64,000 bases of DNA from Eledone cirrhosa. Taxonomy: Eukaryota. Below, piece after piece: positions 38,514 to 51,339 of the stretch (position 1 is the first letter of the stretch; each line of letters opens with the position of its first letter). Below the pieces are notes generated by a model that ran no database searches, was not told the DNA's origin, and was given only the letters and a program-made list of their open reading frames with translations. The stretch lies in the NCBI GenBank assembly GCA_964016885.1, contig OZ024741.1, forward strand, positions 381,796,001 through 381,860,000. The letters run 5' to 3'. The translations under genes and the position numbers were made by a program.

Positions 38514-40400
38514 ATGTCGGACAGACGGGACGTCGCCTGGCGGACCGAGTCACGGAGCACCTCCGGGATATTCGTCTCGGGGGCTGTTCCCCCATCGCCC
38601 GCCACTTTGGTGGCCCTGGACACTCCGCACGCCATCTCACAGTCTGTGGCCTACTCCAGTGCCACGGAACACCCGCCCATCGCCTTACGGTCGAACAACG
38701 AACTATATTCATCTTACAGACCCACACTCCCCCGGCCTGAACTCCCCACCCTTATTCCTTTAGCGTTCGACCGCACCCCTCCCCCACTCTTATCCCCCAC
38801 TAACACCACTAACACATCCCTCCTTTTCACCGCCCACCCCACACTAACAATACTAACACCTCCACTCCACCCCTCATCTGACCACCCTTCCCCAACTAAC
38901 ATACTAACATCCCTTCCCTCCCCTCTTCTCCTCCTCCCCCCTCCTTATCACACGCACACACCCACCGGCACATATATACACGCGCTCACACTAAACACAC
39001 ACCCTACTACCACCACTAACCCTCACCCCCACACCTCTCACCCTCACACCTCCATCCCACCACCCCGCAACTAACCTCACTAACACACCCTAACCCCAAG
39101 CACCCGAACACACGCACCCACTTACACCACCCACCCCACACGCAACTAACATCACTAACACCCCCCGACCCCACGCACACGTACCCACACACCCTCGTAC
39201 ACCACCAACTCTACACACCCTACCACCACTAACCCCCACTCACACCTGCATTCAACCCTCCCCACCTCCCGTATACTAACACCCACTAACACCTCTTCAT
39301 CAAACTACACACACACCAGTACACCACACTCCCTCCATAGAACCACACACACCCTTCTCTCCCCACTCCACCCACACCCTCGCTCCACACTCACTCATCC
39401 CACTAACACCCCTACTAATACACACACACACACACACACCCTCCTCACCCCAACTTTCACACCTACCCATCCTCGCCCCCTACCATTCCACTGACTGCTG
39501 CTGTGCCCTCTGGCCACCTCCCAGCACCAACAGACCACAGCACTCCCACTGCTGACCACTTCCTGTTGCGCGCGCACCCCACATCTCTCCTCTTCCGACC
39601 ACCACTTCATGGATTACCCACACGCAGAATTTGACTTACAAACAATATACTGAACATCCTTGGAACTTACCATCTTTTCAACCATCCTCTTGCGTAATCA
39701 CCTATATAACTCACCCGCACACACACACCCCAAAACATGTTTTTCTCCACACGCCACCCACACCCACAACACGCTTAAACCCCACACACACGTGCTTCCC
39801 ACCACATATTTACACCCTCAGCCTCCTGATTCCTCTCCCCCCCACCCCCTACCCACACACGCACAGACACTCCGACCCACAAACACACCCCCACACACCC
39901 CCCTTCCTGAACATGCAACCCCGTTTTTCCCCCAACCCTTACTTTCACATACACACACACACACACGCACACCTACACACACACACCACCTTCAGCCCTC
40001 CCCGCTCGGACACCCCGTCTCCCTCTCCCCACTACACCCGCCACCACCCCTACTCAACCCACACCCTTCCACCACCTGTTTACCCCCCTTTTAATTTCAG
40101 TTTAATTTGATCATGCCTTTATTTTTTAAATTTTCTCATTCCTTGTATTTTGATCATGCTTTATTTTTATTTTTTATCTTTATTCGTTTTTTTTCATTCG
40201 CACCGTTTCCTTTCGCTACATGTCTCTCCACCACTCCCCTACACACCTTTTGAACTCTGTTCCCACACACTTCTCACCTGAGGAAGGGCTTATGCCCGAA
40301 ACGTCGTCCCCCACCTACCCGCCACTCTCCTGGGCGTGAAATTAATAAACATTTATTGTACTGCCTCTCTGTTTTGTCCCTGTTCAAATTTTTCCATTAT
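38511..40400 (+). mobile_element. 5'-truncated PLE: GIY-YIG C-half, long C-rich 3' region, HHR
   Basis: YVGQTGRRLADRVTEHLRDI..PIARHF..GH..LTVCGL..RLTVEQRTIFILQT..P; HHR at 40278; AATAAA downstream. Confidence 0.8.
40274..40312 (+). ncRNA. Minimal hammerhead core
   Basis: CTGAGGA-A-GGGC(TTAT)GCCC-GAAA-CGTC-GTC; local stem I not obvious. Confidence 0.65.
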
Positions 40401-40684
40401 ATATATATACGTAACCAGTCTATTGAAATATAAATACTTTTTTTTTAGCAATTTAATATTACGATATATCACCAGTCCGACCGCCTTTTGTTTTGATTAA
40501 ATTATTATCTAACTCCATTTGTACACCAGCCTCGGGATTCGACATCAGAAATGGATGAGTTACATCACGGAGAGTGCTTTTCATATTGTTACATCATGAT
40601 TAACTAAACGGAATGACTAATTTTACCCATTGCTGAACCACAAAACATAAATGCATATATATATATAAATAAATATATACATAC

Positions 40685-40763
<79 letters not shown>

Positions 40764-40775
40764 TATATTTATGTG

Positions 40776-40810
<35 letters not shown>

Positions 40811-40812
40811 AC

Positions 40813-40900
<88 letters not shown>

Positions 40901-40943
40901 TAATATATATATTTATATATATATATATATATTTATTTATATA

Positions 40944-41312
40944 TATGGAACTTTTTCAGTAATTGACTTGATTTCAAATTGACAGCAATAGGGGCACTTA
41001 ATACTATTACACATTATTACACATGATATGTATTATGTATTAGTTACCTAAGTTTCTGTTTAAAGTGTTTTTATTGCTTATCGAAAGTTACATATTTATC
41101 ACAGATGATTGACTCGAGATCTTTATCGATGTGATATTCCTTACTACATTATTGATGCAGTGAGCTTCTGATGAGCAGGTCGATATTAGAGTCAAGTGTA
41201 TTGCATCGATAAGGACCCTCGAGTCAATCATCTGTGAAAAATATGTAATGATGCATATGCAATAAAACCATTTTAAAGTGAACCTTCCTTATTTCATACA
41301 CAACATGCACTA
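40944..41312. mobile_element. Miniature PLE fold-back with long-stem-II hammerhead
   Basis: Internal arms ~41068-41131 / 41204-41268; CTGATGA (41168)-GCAG..CTGT-GAAA (41236)-AATAT-GTA. Confidence 0.65.
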
Positions 41313-41338
41313 TATATATATGTATGTGTGTGTGTATT

Positions 41339-41426
<88 letters not shown>

Positions 41427-41427
<1 letters not shown>

Positions 41428-41605
41428 AAGGCGGGTAAAATTCCCGAGATCCATGGACAAGTTCTCTCCAGCGGTCTCTGTCCCTCATTACCGCTGCCAT
41501 GTCCTGCGTCTCTAACAGATGATATCATCCTGGGGTTCTGTAACGGGGCACTGGAGAAAGGAGTTGCCCGAATCAGTGGAGGAACAGTAACATCGTCCCG
41601 TTGTC
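41427..41605. mobile_element. RTE LINE 3' end (minus) fused to an inverted internal RT fragment (plus)
   Basis: Minus: [27 protein letters not shown]-stop; plus: DDIILGFCNGALEK..QWRNSNIVPL. Confidence 0.65.
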
Positions 41606-41752
41606 CCAACGACTTTTTTTAGCCGTTGCTCGCACCAACCTGAGGTATATGGTCTTTAAAGCGATGAAATACCTATGATGGTTGGAAGATCACTGATGAA
41701 GGACAAACTTTTTTCATATGTAACCCATTTGCAACTCCGCAGCGCCCTTATT

Positions 41753-41811
<59 letters not shown>

Positions 41812-41942
41812 TTATTAATGTTCAGATCTTCCTCAGCATTCTCGTGTAGCACCCATCCACCATCTGAGTGAGTTTATTGGTCAGTGTCCAATAAGAGGGA
41901 CAGAGACCGCTGGAGAGAACTCGTCCATGGATCTCGGGAATT

Positions 41943-42019
<77 letters not shown>

Positions 42020-42400
42020 GTGCATGTTGTGTATGAGATAAGGAAGGTTTACTTTAAAATGGTTTTATTGCATATGCATCATTACATATTTTTCACAGAT
42101 GATTGACTCGAGGGTCCTTATCGATGCAATATACTTGACTCTAATATCGACCTGCTAATCAGAAGCTCACTGCATCAATAATGTAGTAAGGAATATCACA
42201 TCGATAAAGATCTCGAGTCAATCATCTGTGATAAATATGTAACTTTCGATAAGCAATAAAAACACTTTAAACAGAAACTTAGGTAACTAATACATAATAC
42301 ATATCATATGTAATAGTGTGTAATAGTATTAAGTGCCCCTATTGCTGTCAATTTGAAATCAAGTCAATTACTGAAAAACTTCCATATATATAAATAAATA

Positions 42401-42492
<92 letters not shown>

Positions 42493-42607
42493 TAAGAGGA
42501 ATTCCAACTTTGTCTGATTTACTCGTTTTATTTACAATCCTTTAAAATATATATAATGGTATTATAATGAAATAGTATGATAGAATATTAAATTCTAAGT
42601 GTTAATT

Positions 42608-42644
42608 GAACAAGTACTTTCATGCTTTCGCAATCTTCAGGTTC
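42608..42644 (-). ncRNA. Minimal type I hammerhead at an orphan PLE 3' end
   Basis: GAAC-CTGAAGA-TTGC(GAAA)GCAT-GAAA-GTAC-TT-GTTC; stem III palindrome AGTACT; ~115 nt to (AT)n. Confidence 0.75.
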
Positions 42645-43324
42645 ATGATATGTGGTGACAGTCGAGTTTGCAATTTTCAACTGTAATGAGATGGGTAAAT
42701 TTCCTACCTTTTATACATTTTATACAGAGAAAAGTGGCTCCAGAATGCAAAGCCCTGTAAACTGTATTTCGACCAATCAGTGTGTAGTTTCACTGAATTA
42801 CTACAGCTGATTGGTTTAAGCGTCACGGCTGGTTGAGCATGCTAACGACCAATAGTCATATCCAACGTATCAATTGTTTTGCTTTTTTGAAATGATGAAA
42901 ATAGCATTTTCTATTAATCATCACCATCAACATCACTTTTATTATTATTATTATTGTTGTTGTTGTTGTTGTTAGTGGTCGTGGTCATAGTGGTAGTAGA
43001 AGTAATACCCCTAGGCGTTATTATTGTTCATTTAGCTTGGGTTTGAATTTATCAATAAAATTCTTTTCTTTGATTTTTCTCTTGATTTCATTTGGGCTGT
43101 GTAATTTGTAGAATGGGAATATATATATGTGCGAATGAAAAATATATATATATATGTGCGAATGAAAAAAAACAAATATATATATATATATTATCTATAT
43201 ACATATATATATTTATATGTATAGATAGATAGATAGATAGATAGATATATACACATAAATATATATTTATATATGAATACGTATAGATACACACACACAT
43301 ACACCCACACACACACTCAAACAA

Positions 43325-43403
<79 letters not shown>

Positions 43404-43789
43404 GAGAGAGACAGAGTATGTAAAATCCCAACCACGGTGCGAAGCGCTTCCGGCTTCTGTGTCCAGCCAGATTTCCAAGGATGAAGTAATATCTGTAGTG
43501 TGTGAAGTTATCGGTCACTACTCTTATGCAACGCCTTGGTTGAGTTTACCATTGTAGTAAACTGATATTATGGAGAAAATAAGATCCAGACTATGGTAAG
43601 TGCATCTGAATTACTTGGTTTCGACAGATTCGCAACAAAGAGTGGAACCATTTCCTCTTACATGACATTGAAAATTATTACCGTTCAAGAAGGCCGTTGA
43701 TTTTCTCATGATATACACTATAATAGAGGATACATATGGGATTATACTACACGCACAGTCACCCCTGACCTGCGATGAGTCATTTTTGC

Positions 43790-44900
43790 CCAAGCTCCTC
43801 CAATGTGAACATGGAAGCCAGTGATTAAGTGAGGGTCACCAACCTGGTTGGACTCGTATTTTTCTAAATTAAAAGATCACATCACACAGATTTGTTGAGG
43901 TCTATACCGTGAGAGCCTGCTCACCATCCCCAACTTCATCCACGGCTAAACCGACCGAACCAAACCGGATCTGGACCTCGTCATCGACCTTGGATTGAAG
44001 ATTAACATGCAGCACCATCTCAGTTCAGTGAACTTGCTCGACGTTAAACTGAACCTCGACACCCAACTATTCTTCCTTTATAGGACACCCAATGAAACCC
44101 TCCAGCATATCAAGAGGAAGGTCAACGAGTCCAGTACCATAACTATTAATCTGACTAAAAATGACTATCTACATCACGCGGGTGTCCACAACCATAAATA
44201 CATTTAATGAGCATGCGCCATGTTACAAAGACGCCCTCCAACGGAACCCATTTAACCAAGTCTTAGAATTCGTCGGACCCCAAGATGAGAAGGAAATGTA
44301 GGCAACATTTCTGGCTCGGATATTCGTAGGGACCTTCCGAATGTGCATCCAACCACAACACCGTCACCAAATGAGTTTCAATAAACAACAGTATAAGGCT
44401 ATCCTACTCAACAACAACAAATATAGCACAAACTGTCGCTGAATCTAACAGGAGTAAACTCATCAGGCACATATCTCACGTTGCAACCAACCCAAACCAA
44501 CCAAACTTCAATTGACACCATCAAGACACAACATGCCTAACTACCAAGGTAATATACAAATGCGAGATCACCACAAGAGAATAGCATACATAGATAAGAC
44601 GACCAACACCTTCAAATCCCGATTCACGCCGCACAAATATTCCTTCCAACACTCAGAACGTAAGCATACAACAAACCTCTGCAGCCATCAGAGGTGGCTA
44701 CGTGAAAATGGAATAGCTTACCAATTACGCTGGAATACCATCACCCTACCGTACACATGAGGGGGAGGCCCTGTAACTTGTGCTCGGTCGAAGCACTTTG
44801 CATACTGATCGACAGGGATACATTAATAGTAAAAAAAACATCTGAACAAATGACTAAACGTCCCCATATGCCTCAAACTAACAAACGATCCTGGAGACTG
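43790..44900 (+). pseudogene. Decayed PLE RT + GIY-YIG related to ORF 27115
   Basis: VTNLVGL..GLYRES, SVNLLDVKLNLDT..YRTPNE, YIDKTTNTFKSRFTPHKYSF..LRW..PCNLCSVE. Confidence 0.75.
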
Positions 44901-45430
44901 GTAATCCACACCTACCAAGCGGGGGTACCCAAACAACATGGCATTTAAGCTTCTGCAGCGACATATACCTGGACTAAGCATTACACCTGTCCAAGCACCC
45001 ACACATTCGCAGGAACCCACTTGCAGAGACCCAAAGCCACAACCTACTCTCCTGCCTCAATCTAACCTCGCACGCCCACTTAGTACATGCACTTATCACC
45101 AACAATGTACCACCACCTACCACTACTCACATGTATGTTTCCTTTTACATATTATAATTCCCATGTATATATGTGCAGATAGCCTTAATCCTCTTCCTCC
45201 CTGTTTCCTGTTTGGTATATGATTGTCATACGTAGATATATGCGTGCATGTGCATGGTACATGTACGTGTGTGAATACATTTCTACCACCTGCTCCCCTC
45301 TAATGTTCACATATCCTCGTATTTCATTTATAAATATATTATATTATATCTCTCTTTCTCTCTCTATATATATATGTGTGTGTGTGTGTCTGCGTGTGTA
45401 TGTGTGTGTGTGTATGCATGTATGTGTATA

Positions 45431-45481
<51 letters not shown>

Positions 45482-45533
45482 GTATATAAATATGTATATA
45501 TATATATATGTGTGTACACACACAGACACACAC

Positions 45534-45608
<75 letters not shown>

Positions 45609-45619
45609 TATAAATATAT

Positions 45620-46063
45620 ATAAATTTAAAAAATAATGAATAAAAACAAAGAAACAGTTCCTTATATTAAAAAATTCATCATTTTACGATCGTTTCTAGG
45701 ATATATATGTTAGTGTTGGTATGTATATCATATAGATCTATGTAAAATGTTTACAAACTATCAGAGGGAATATACATACCTACACATATATATGGTGTCT
45801 AGTTTGTAAACATTTTACATATATCTATATGATATACATACCAACACTAACATATATATCCTAGAAACGATCGTAAAATGATGCATTTTTTAATATAAGG
45901 AACTGTATCTTTGTTTTTATTCATTATTTTTTAAATTTATCTTGACTCTGTTTTCCTGTATTTTTCATCTAAAAAAAATGTTTGAATACATCTTCTCTTT
46001 TCATGATATTCGGATTACATTAAGTTCTTCATACGGATTGGACACTACCGTATATTTTGGTAG

Positions 46064-46072
<9 letters not shown>
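45620..46072 (+). mobile_element. Miniature fold-back of the 6311-10225 PLE family
   Basis: 45620-45800 is an inverted copy of the HHR region; 45800-46072 is the direct copy, whose end matches 6311-6392 in reverse complement. Confidence 0.85.
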
Positions 46073-46135
<63 letters not shown>

Positions 46136-46150
46136 GTATACACATACATG

Positions 46151-46200
<50 letters not shown>

Positions 46201-46347
46201 TAGAGATGCGAAAAGTAAACAACACAGCAAACTGATACAGAACGAGGAAGATATGAATTTAACATTTGATATATTACGAACATTTGTGAGCGTGAGTGTA
46301 TTTCGCTCCCCCCCTCTCTCTCTGGCTCGTTCTATCTCCCCCTCTCT

Positions 46348-46404
<57 letters not shown>

Positions 46405-46741
46405 TCTCTCTCTCTCTCTCTCGCTCTCTCTCTCTCTCTCACTCTCTCTCTTTCTGTTAGTACGTGTGTCTCTGTGTTTTTACGCGTGCGTTTATGCTTA
46501 TGAAGGATGATATAATCGTAGATGCTACTTTAAGGAAATGTACACAACTATATATCTATATATATATGAAATTTACAGAAATGTATTGAGACCTTTCTGT
46601 AGGAGAGATTCAGAAAACCCTTCTTTAGGGACAGTCATGTAAATAACAGGATATATTATTGCGTTGAAGGCAGGTTTTTTAAAATATCACATCATTTTTA
46701 TTAGATTTTGTATTGATTTAATCAATCTAAGATACATATAT

Positions 46742-46943
46742 AGAGCTACTAAGCCATGATAAACCAGGGGAAGTAAATTGCACTTCTTACAGTTAAGAAC
46801 CAGGAAACATATATACAAAGATAAGTGAATATAAAAATATTAAGAACTACTAAGCCATGATAAACCAGGGGAAGTAAATTGCACTTCTTACAGTTAAGAA
46901 CCAGGAAACATATATACAAAGATAAGTGAATATAAAAATATTA
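46742..46943. repeat. 101-bp tandem duplication
   Basis: CTACTAAGCCATGATAAACC.. at 46746 and 46847, nearly identical. Confidence 0.9.
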
Positions 46944-48827
46944 ATGAAAATTAAAAGAAGTTAAGTGAAATAAAATGAAATGAATTAAAATTTAAACAGG
47001 GGATGCCAATGGAAAGCAAAATTAACATTAAAAAATCAAGACAGAATGGGAAGCAAGATAACAACGTCTTTTCACCGGTTTTAACATTTAACATTTAAAG
47101 ATTTCCGTGAGTGTAGATTAAATGATTCTGAAAATAGCGTATCTCTTCTCAGCTCTTCTCAGCACTACAGATAGGCAAGGGAAAACAACAGCAACAAAAT
47201 CGCATCCGGAATATGCCATATGCTTAACATAATTATTTTCTTCATGTGGTCTTATCTCCTCTAATAAACAATCAAATAATACAGTTTCATGAATGTGTGA
47301 AATATTAGGTGAATAATTCATAAAGAAATCCGTGGAATTTGCATTAACCAATTATTTTCGAGAATCGGCAGAACAAATATTAATTTCATAGAAGTAAGTT
47401 TGTTTTGTGAAGCAGCGGAGATGATATGTTGGATGAAGTAGTTAAATAAGTTATAATACACTGATTATTAATATTATTCACAATATCTAGATAATTTTAA
47501 TATATAAGAATTTCATCTACGACTTCATATATGGTTTCATATCAAAAGGAGAAACAGCAAATCTCAAAACTAGATAGATGAAATCAACATTTAATTTAAA
47601 TACCATAATGGTATTGTTCATAATGCAACTTCCGTTGAATGTCATGCCATTTACAAACGTGCAATGTTAGATGTCGTGTTGTATGGGAGATGTTCAAGTT
47701 AATTAATATAAGACAATTACATAAGACAGTCTCCATAACAGCTGCTCATATCTTTATGGTCAGCATGACGCTATGCAAAATACAGCGTGTATCAATATAA
47801 ATCACCAGACATACTCACTCGAGTATGGAACGAGTTTGACTATGATGTATATCTATGGCGTGTGTTCGGGGGCAGCATATTGAGTATTTGTAAAAAAATG
47901 TAAATAAAGATTATTGTATAAGATACCGCATGATTAATTGTTCATTCGTTTAAAAAGTATAGTCTTTTGAAATCGGATGATACTTTTTCATACAACCTGT
48001 ACATTTTCGAATTTTCGAGAATCAAATGCAACAGTCCAGTTAGCCGAGGAGCGTAGAATCTTATAGTAGGCGGTGGATCAAAACCCGAAAACATTAAGAT
48101 GAAAGGTAATGTAGAGAGAAGAGAACTACCTACATTGTAACCTATTACATAAAAAAAACAAATAAACAAATTCAGCACACGGTGGTTCCTCCTGTTGTAA
48201 ATAACACCCAAATCAATCCCAGATTTATATCTGTTTATATTAAAAATGAAAGGACACATTATATAATGTTGAGCTATATAGATTTTACATCAAAATAGAT
48301 TCGAAATTACCATAAAATCTGAATACAGGTCTGATCAATCTACCCACACCTGGAGCTAATCAATGAAATCAACATCGTAATAAACAACACACCATCAACG
48401 GAGAGTGGAAGAAATGACATGGAAGAATTAGAAATGTGTAATAATGAAGAGTTTCTATTTCCGTAATATATAGCCGGCATTTATAGTTGCATCGATCTGA
48501 AGGTATTTATATATGTGTACACAATTTGGTCTTCTAGATTGACATTTCTGAATTATTTTACAGTACAGGAAAGAAAGTGGACAGACTGGTGTTTTTGTTT
48601 TACCCGGGCTAAAGTCTCGTTTGGCAAATTTATAAGCTAAGTGATTCAAAAAATGATCATATTGTTTATTGTAATAGCGACACCAGATATTTGTAGAGAG
48701 TATCAAGCGAAAGGAAAATATAACGAGGATCTAGGAATGTACTTTAATGATTGGCTGCACACATTTGTGTCTGTAGCAACATTACACAGAAAAAATGGAA
48801 TCGGTACTTTTTCTATACACAAAAACA

Positions 48828-49051
<224 letters not shown>

Positions 49052-49071
49052 ATAGATAGATAGATATATAA

Positions 49072-49258
49072 GAACGAGTAGGACCCCGACGGCTGAGCTC
49101 AAGCCGTTTCGACGGCTAATTCTGGACTAAAATATTCCAGAATTAGCCGTCGAAACGGCTTGAGCTCAGCCGCCAGGGTCGTACTCGTTCCTATTACCCA
49201 CTCTACTACCCTAAGTATTGAGTACTTTGGTGCGTTATGGTCCACCACATTTCCTTCG

Positions 49259-49260
<2 letters not shown>
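49072..49260 (+). mobile_element. Second hairpin-plus-tail element
   Basis: Arms 49072-49126 / 49136-49190, 9-nt spacer, tail as in the 31805 copy with a short deletion. Confidence 0.8.
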
Positions 49261-49344
<84 letters not shown>

Positions 49345-49352
49345 GTATATAG

Positions 49353-50222
49353 CGGTGGAATAGTGGAAGGTAATATCCGTAATGGTAGAGCATTCAGTCC
49401 ATGGGACGAGTTAGCTAGAAGTGGTTACACAACAGTCCATGCATTTCGAACTGAACTTTGTGTACCAGTGTGATGTCAAGGCCGGCCGAAATGAGTACAC
49501 ATATATAGGTGCAACCTCAACAACATTTAATGAGCGATTTTACAACCACAAAATCTCCTTTAACTACAGACTTAAACGCTCCGAAACCAGACTGGCAGGT
49601 TTGATCTGGACCTCAAGAATAAGAACCTGAAATACCAGATCAAATGGTCCGTTAGGAGACGCGTGGCCCAACTTCCTACCGAGGGAAGCCACTGCAGAAT
49701 CGGCCGAGATCATTGAATTAAAATCGGTAATTAATTTGAGATCGGAAATCCAAATAAACTGCAGACACACCAGGAAGAATACATTCTCCGTATTCTGGCA
49801 GGAACTACTGACAAAACATAACCACCTAAACACATCGGAATAACTGCCACTAATATTCATATCTCATCAATTTCTTTACCACTGTTATCTTGTTAATTTT
49901 TATTTTCACTCCTGTTAATATTAGATTGCATCATTTATCAGTTCCCCCACCACTAAACATATCACGATTTATCCACCACTCTCAACCACACCAACACAGA
50001 CCGCATACCATCGAGGTACATACAAAGCACCAGCACCTACATTTCATCACAATTGATTTTATCACCTCATTTTGTATCACTGATTTCACCACCGCTATTT
50101 AACATCACCTCTATCCTCCAGCACCTGTTCATCCTTCTCATATTTTTTCTACCACCATTTAATCGCATAAGATAACATCTAGATGCATTGCTAACCCATG
50201 CACGCCTGTTTTGTGTGTGCAT

Positions 50223-50265
<43 letters not shown>

Positions 50266-51310
50266 TGTGTGTGTGTGTATGTGTGTGTGTGTATGTTTGT
50301 GTGCGTGTGTGTGTGTGTATGCGTGCGTGCGTCTGTGTGTGTGTATGTGTATAAATATATATGTATGCATGTGCGTGTTTGCCCACACCCATGCAGAGCG
50401 ATATAGTCGTATGGACCCCCGGACTATGACCATGCATATCTCGTTAGCTTGTACGTATGCGGAGAAGCAGACAAATGTACGATACGTGCATGTGACTGTG
50501 TGTCCGAAAATACGAATAATTCGTATAATGTGTATGTGAGCGCGTTGTGCCAGTGAAGGAGTACAGGATAACCAATATGGACACTCCACATGCCCTTCCA
50601 CGAGGTAATGCATCTAGTAATGTATGTCCATGTGGTTCCGTGTATCTTCTATGTGTTGGTGTGTGGGATGATGCATAATTGTATGTATATTCACTTTCAT
50701 GCATGTCTGGAAGTGCAGTTTTTTAGCAACATATTCAAATAAAAAAAAGTAATTCTTTATAGGGCAAATTCCCTTTAACAATGGCTAACCTAGTATAACC
50801 TATCTCCCCATATGCCTCCCCTCTTTCCTTTCCATTCACTCTTCCGTGACAAACAGATGGCCAGCAGAAACTTCCCTCCCCTAGTACAGCATCGCACTCT
50901 TTCATGTCCCATCATGCAGAGCCCTACCGCACACACCACACACAACACCGCGCCTTCACACGTACACTGAAATGTTTGATAAGCCAAAGCACCACACCCC
51001 AGCAACTCACATCAACCGTCGCCCCCACCACCACCTTCTCTCTTTGCTCATCCCCCCACCTATCTTACATGCCACAACATTCCTCATAGCTGAACCACCA
51101 ACAAAAATAACATAAACTAACCACCATATGAACGCGAAACCTGACAGATATTTCTATGCTTTATATGTTCATTCTGTCATTACAACAACAGAGGTCCGAC
51201 TAGCTTTTGATTCAAGAGTCGGCACATATCGATACAGATCGAACATTGAGCTGATCAATAGCGTCACCAAATAATAAACGTAATGAAGGCTTAACAAATC
51301 GTCCTTATAT
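49353..51310 (+). mobile_element. 5'-truncated PLE (GIY-YIG + 1.5-kb 3' region), relative of 20303-23912
   Basis: FVYQCDV..YIGATSTTFNERFYNHKISF..AEIIELKSVINLRSEIQINCRH; degenerate HHR ~51193-51268 sharing ATCGATACAGATCGAA..TTGAGCTGATCA. Confidence 0.8.
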
Positions 51311-51339
51311 TACTATTATTATTATTATTTATTATAATA

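Larger units (their letters stand above)
40944..42388. repeat. Composite inverted duplication (40944-41486 / 41895-42388)
   Basis: Fold-back unit + microsatellite + RTE 3' end repeated in reverse orientation around a ~410-bp spacer. Confidence 0.9.
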
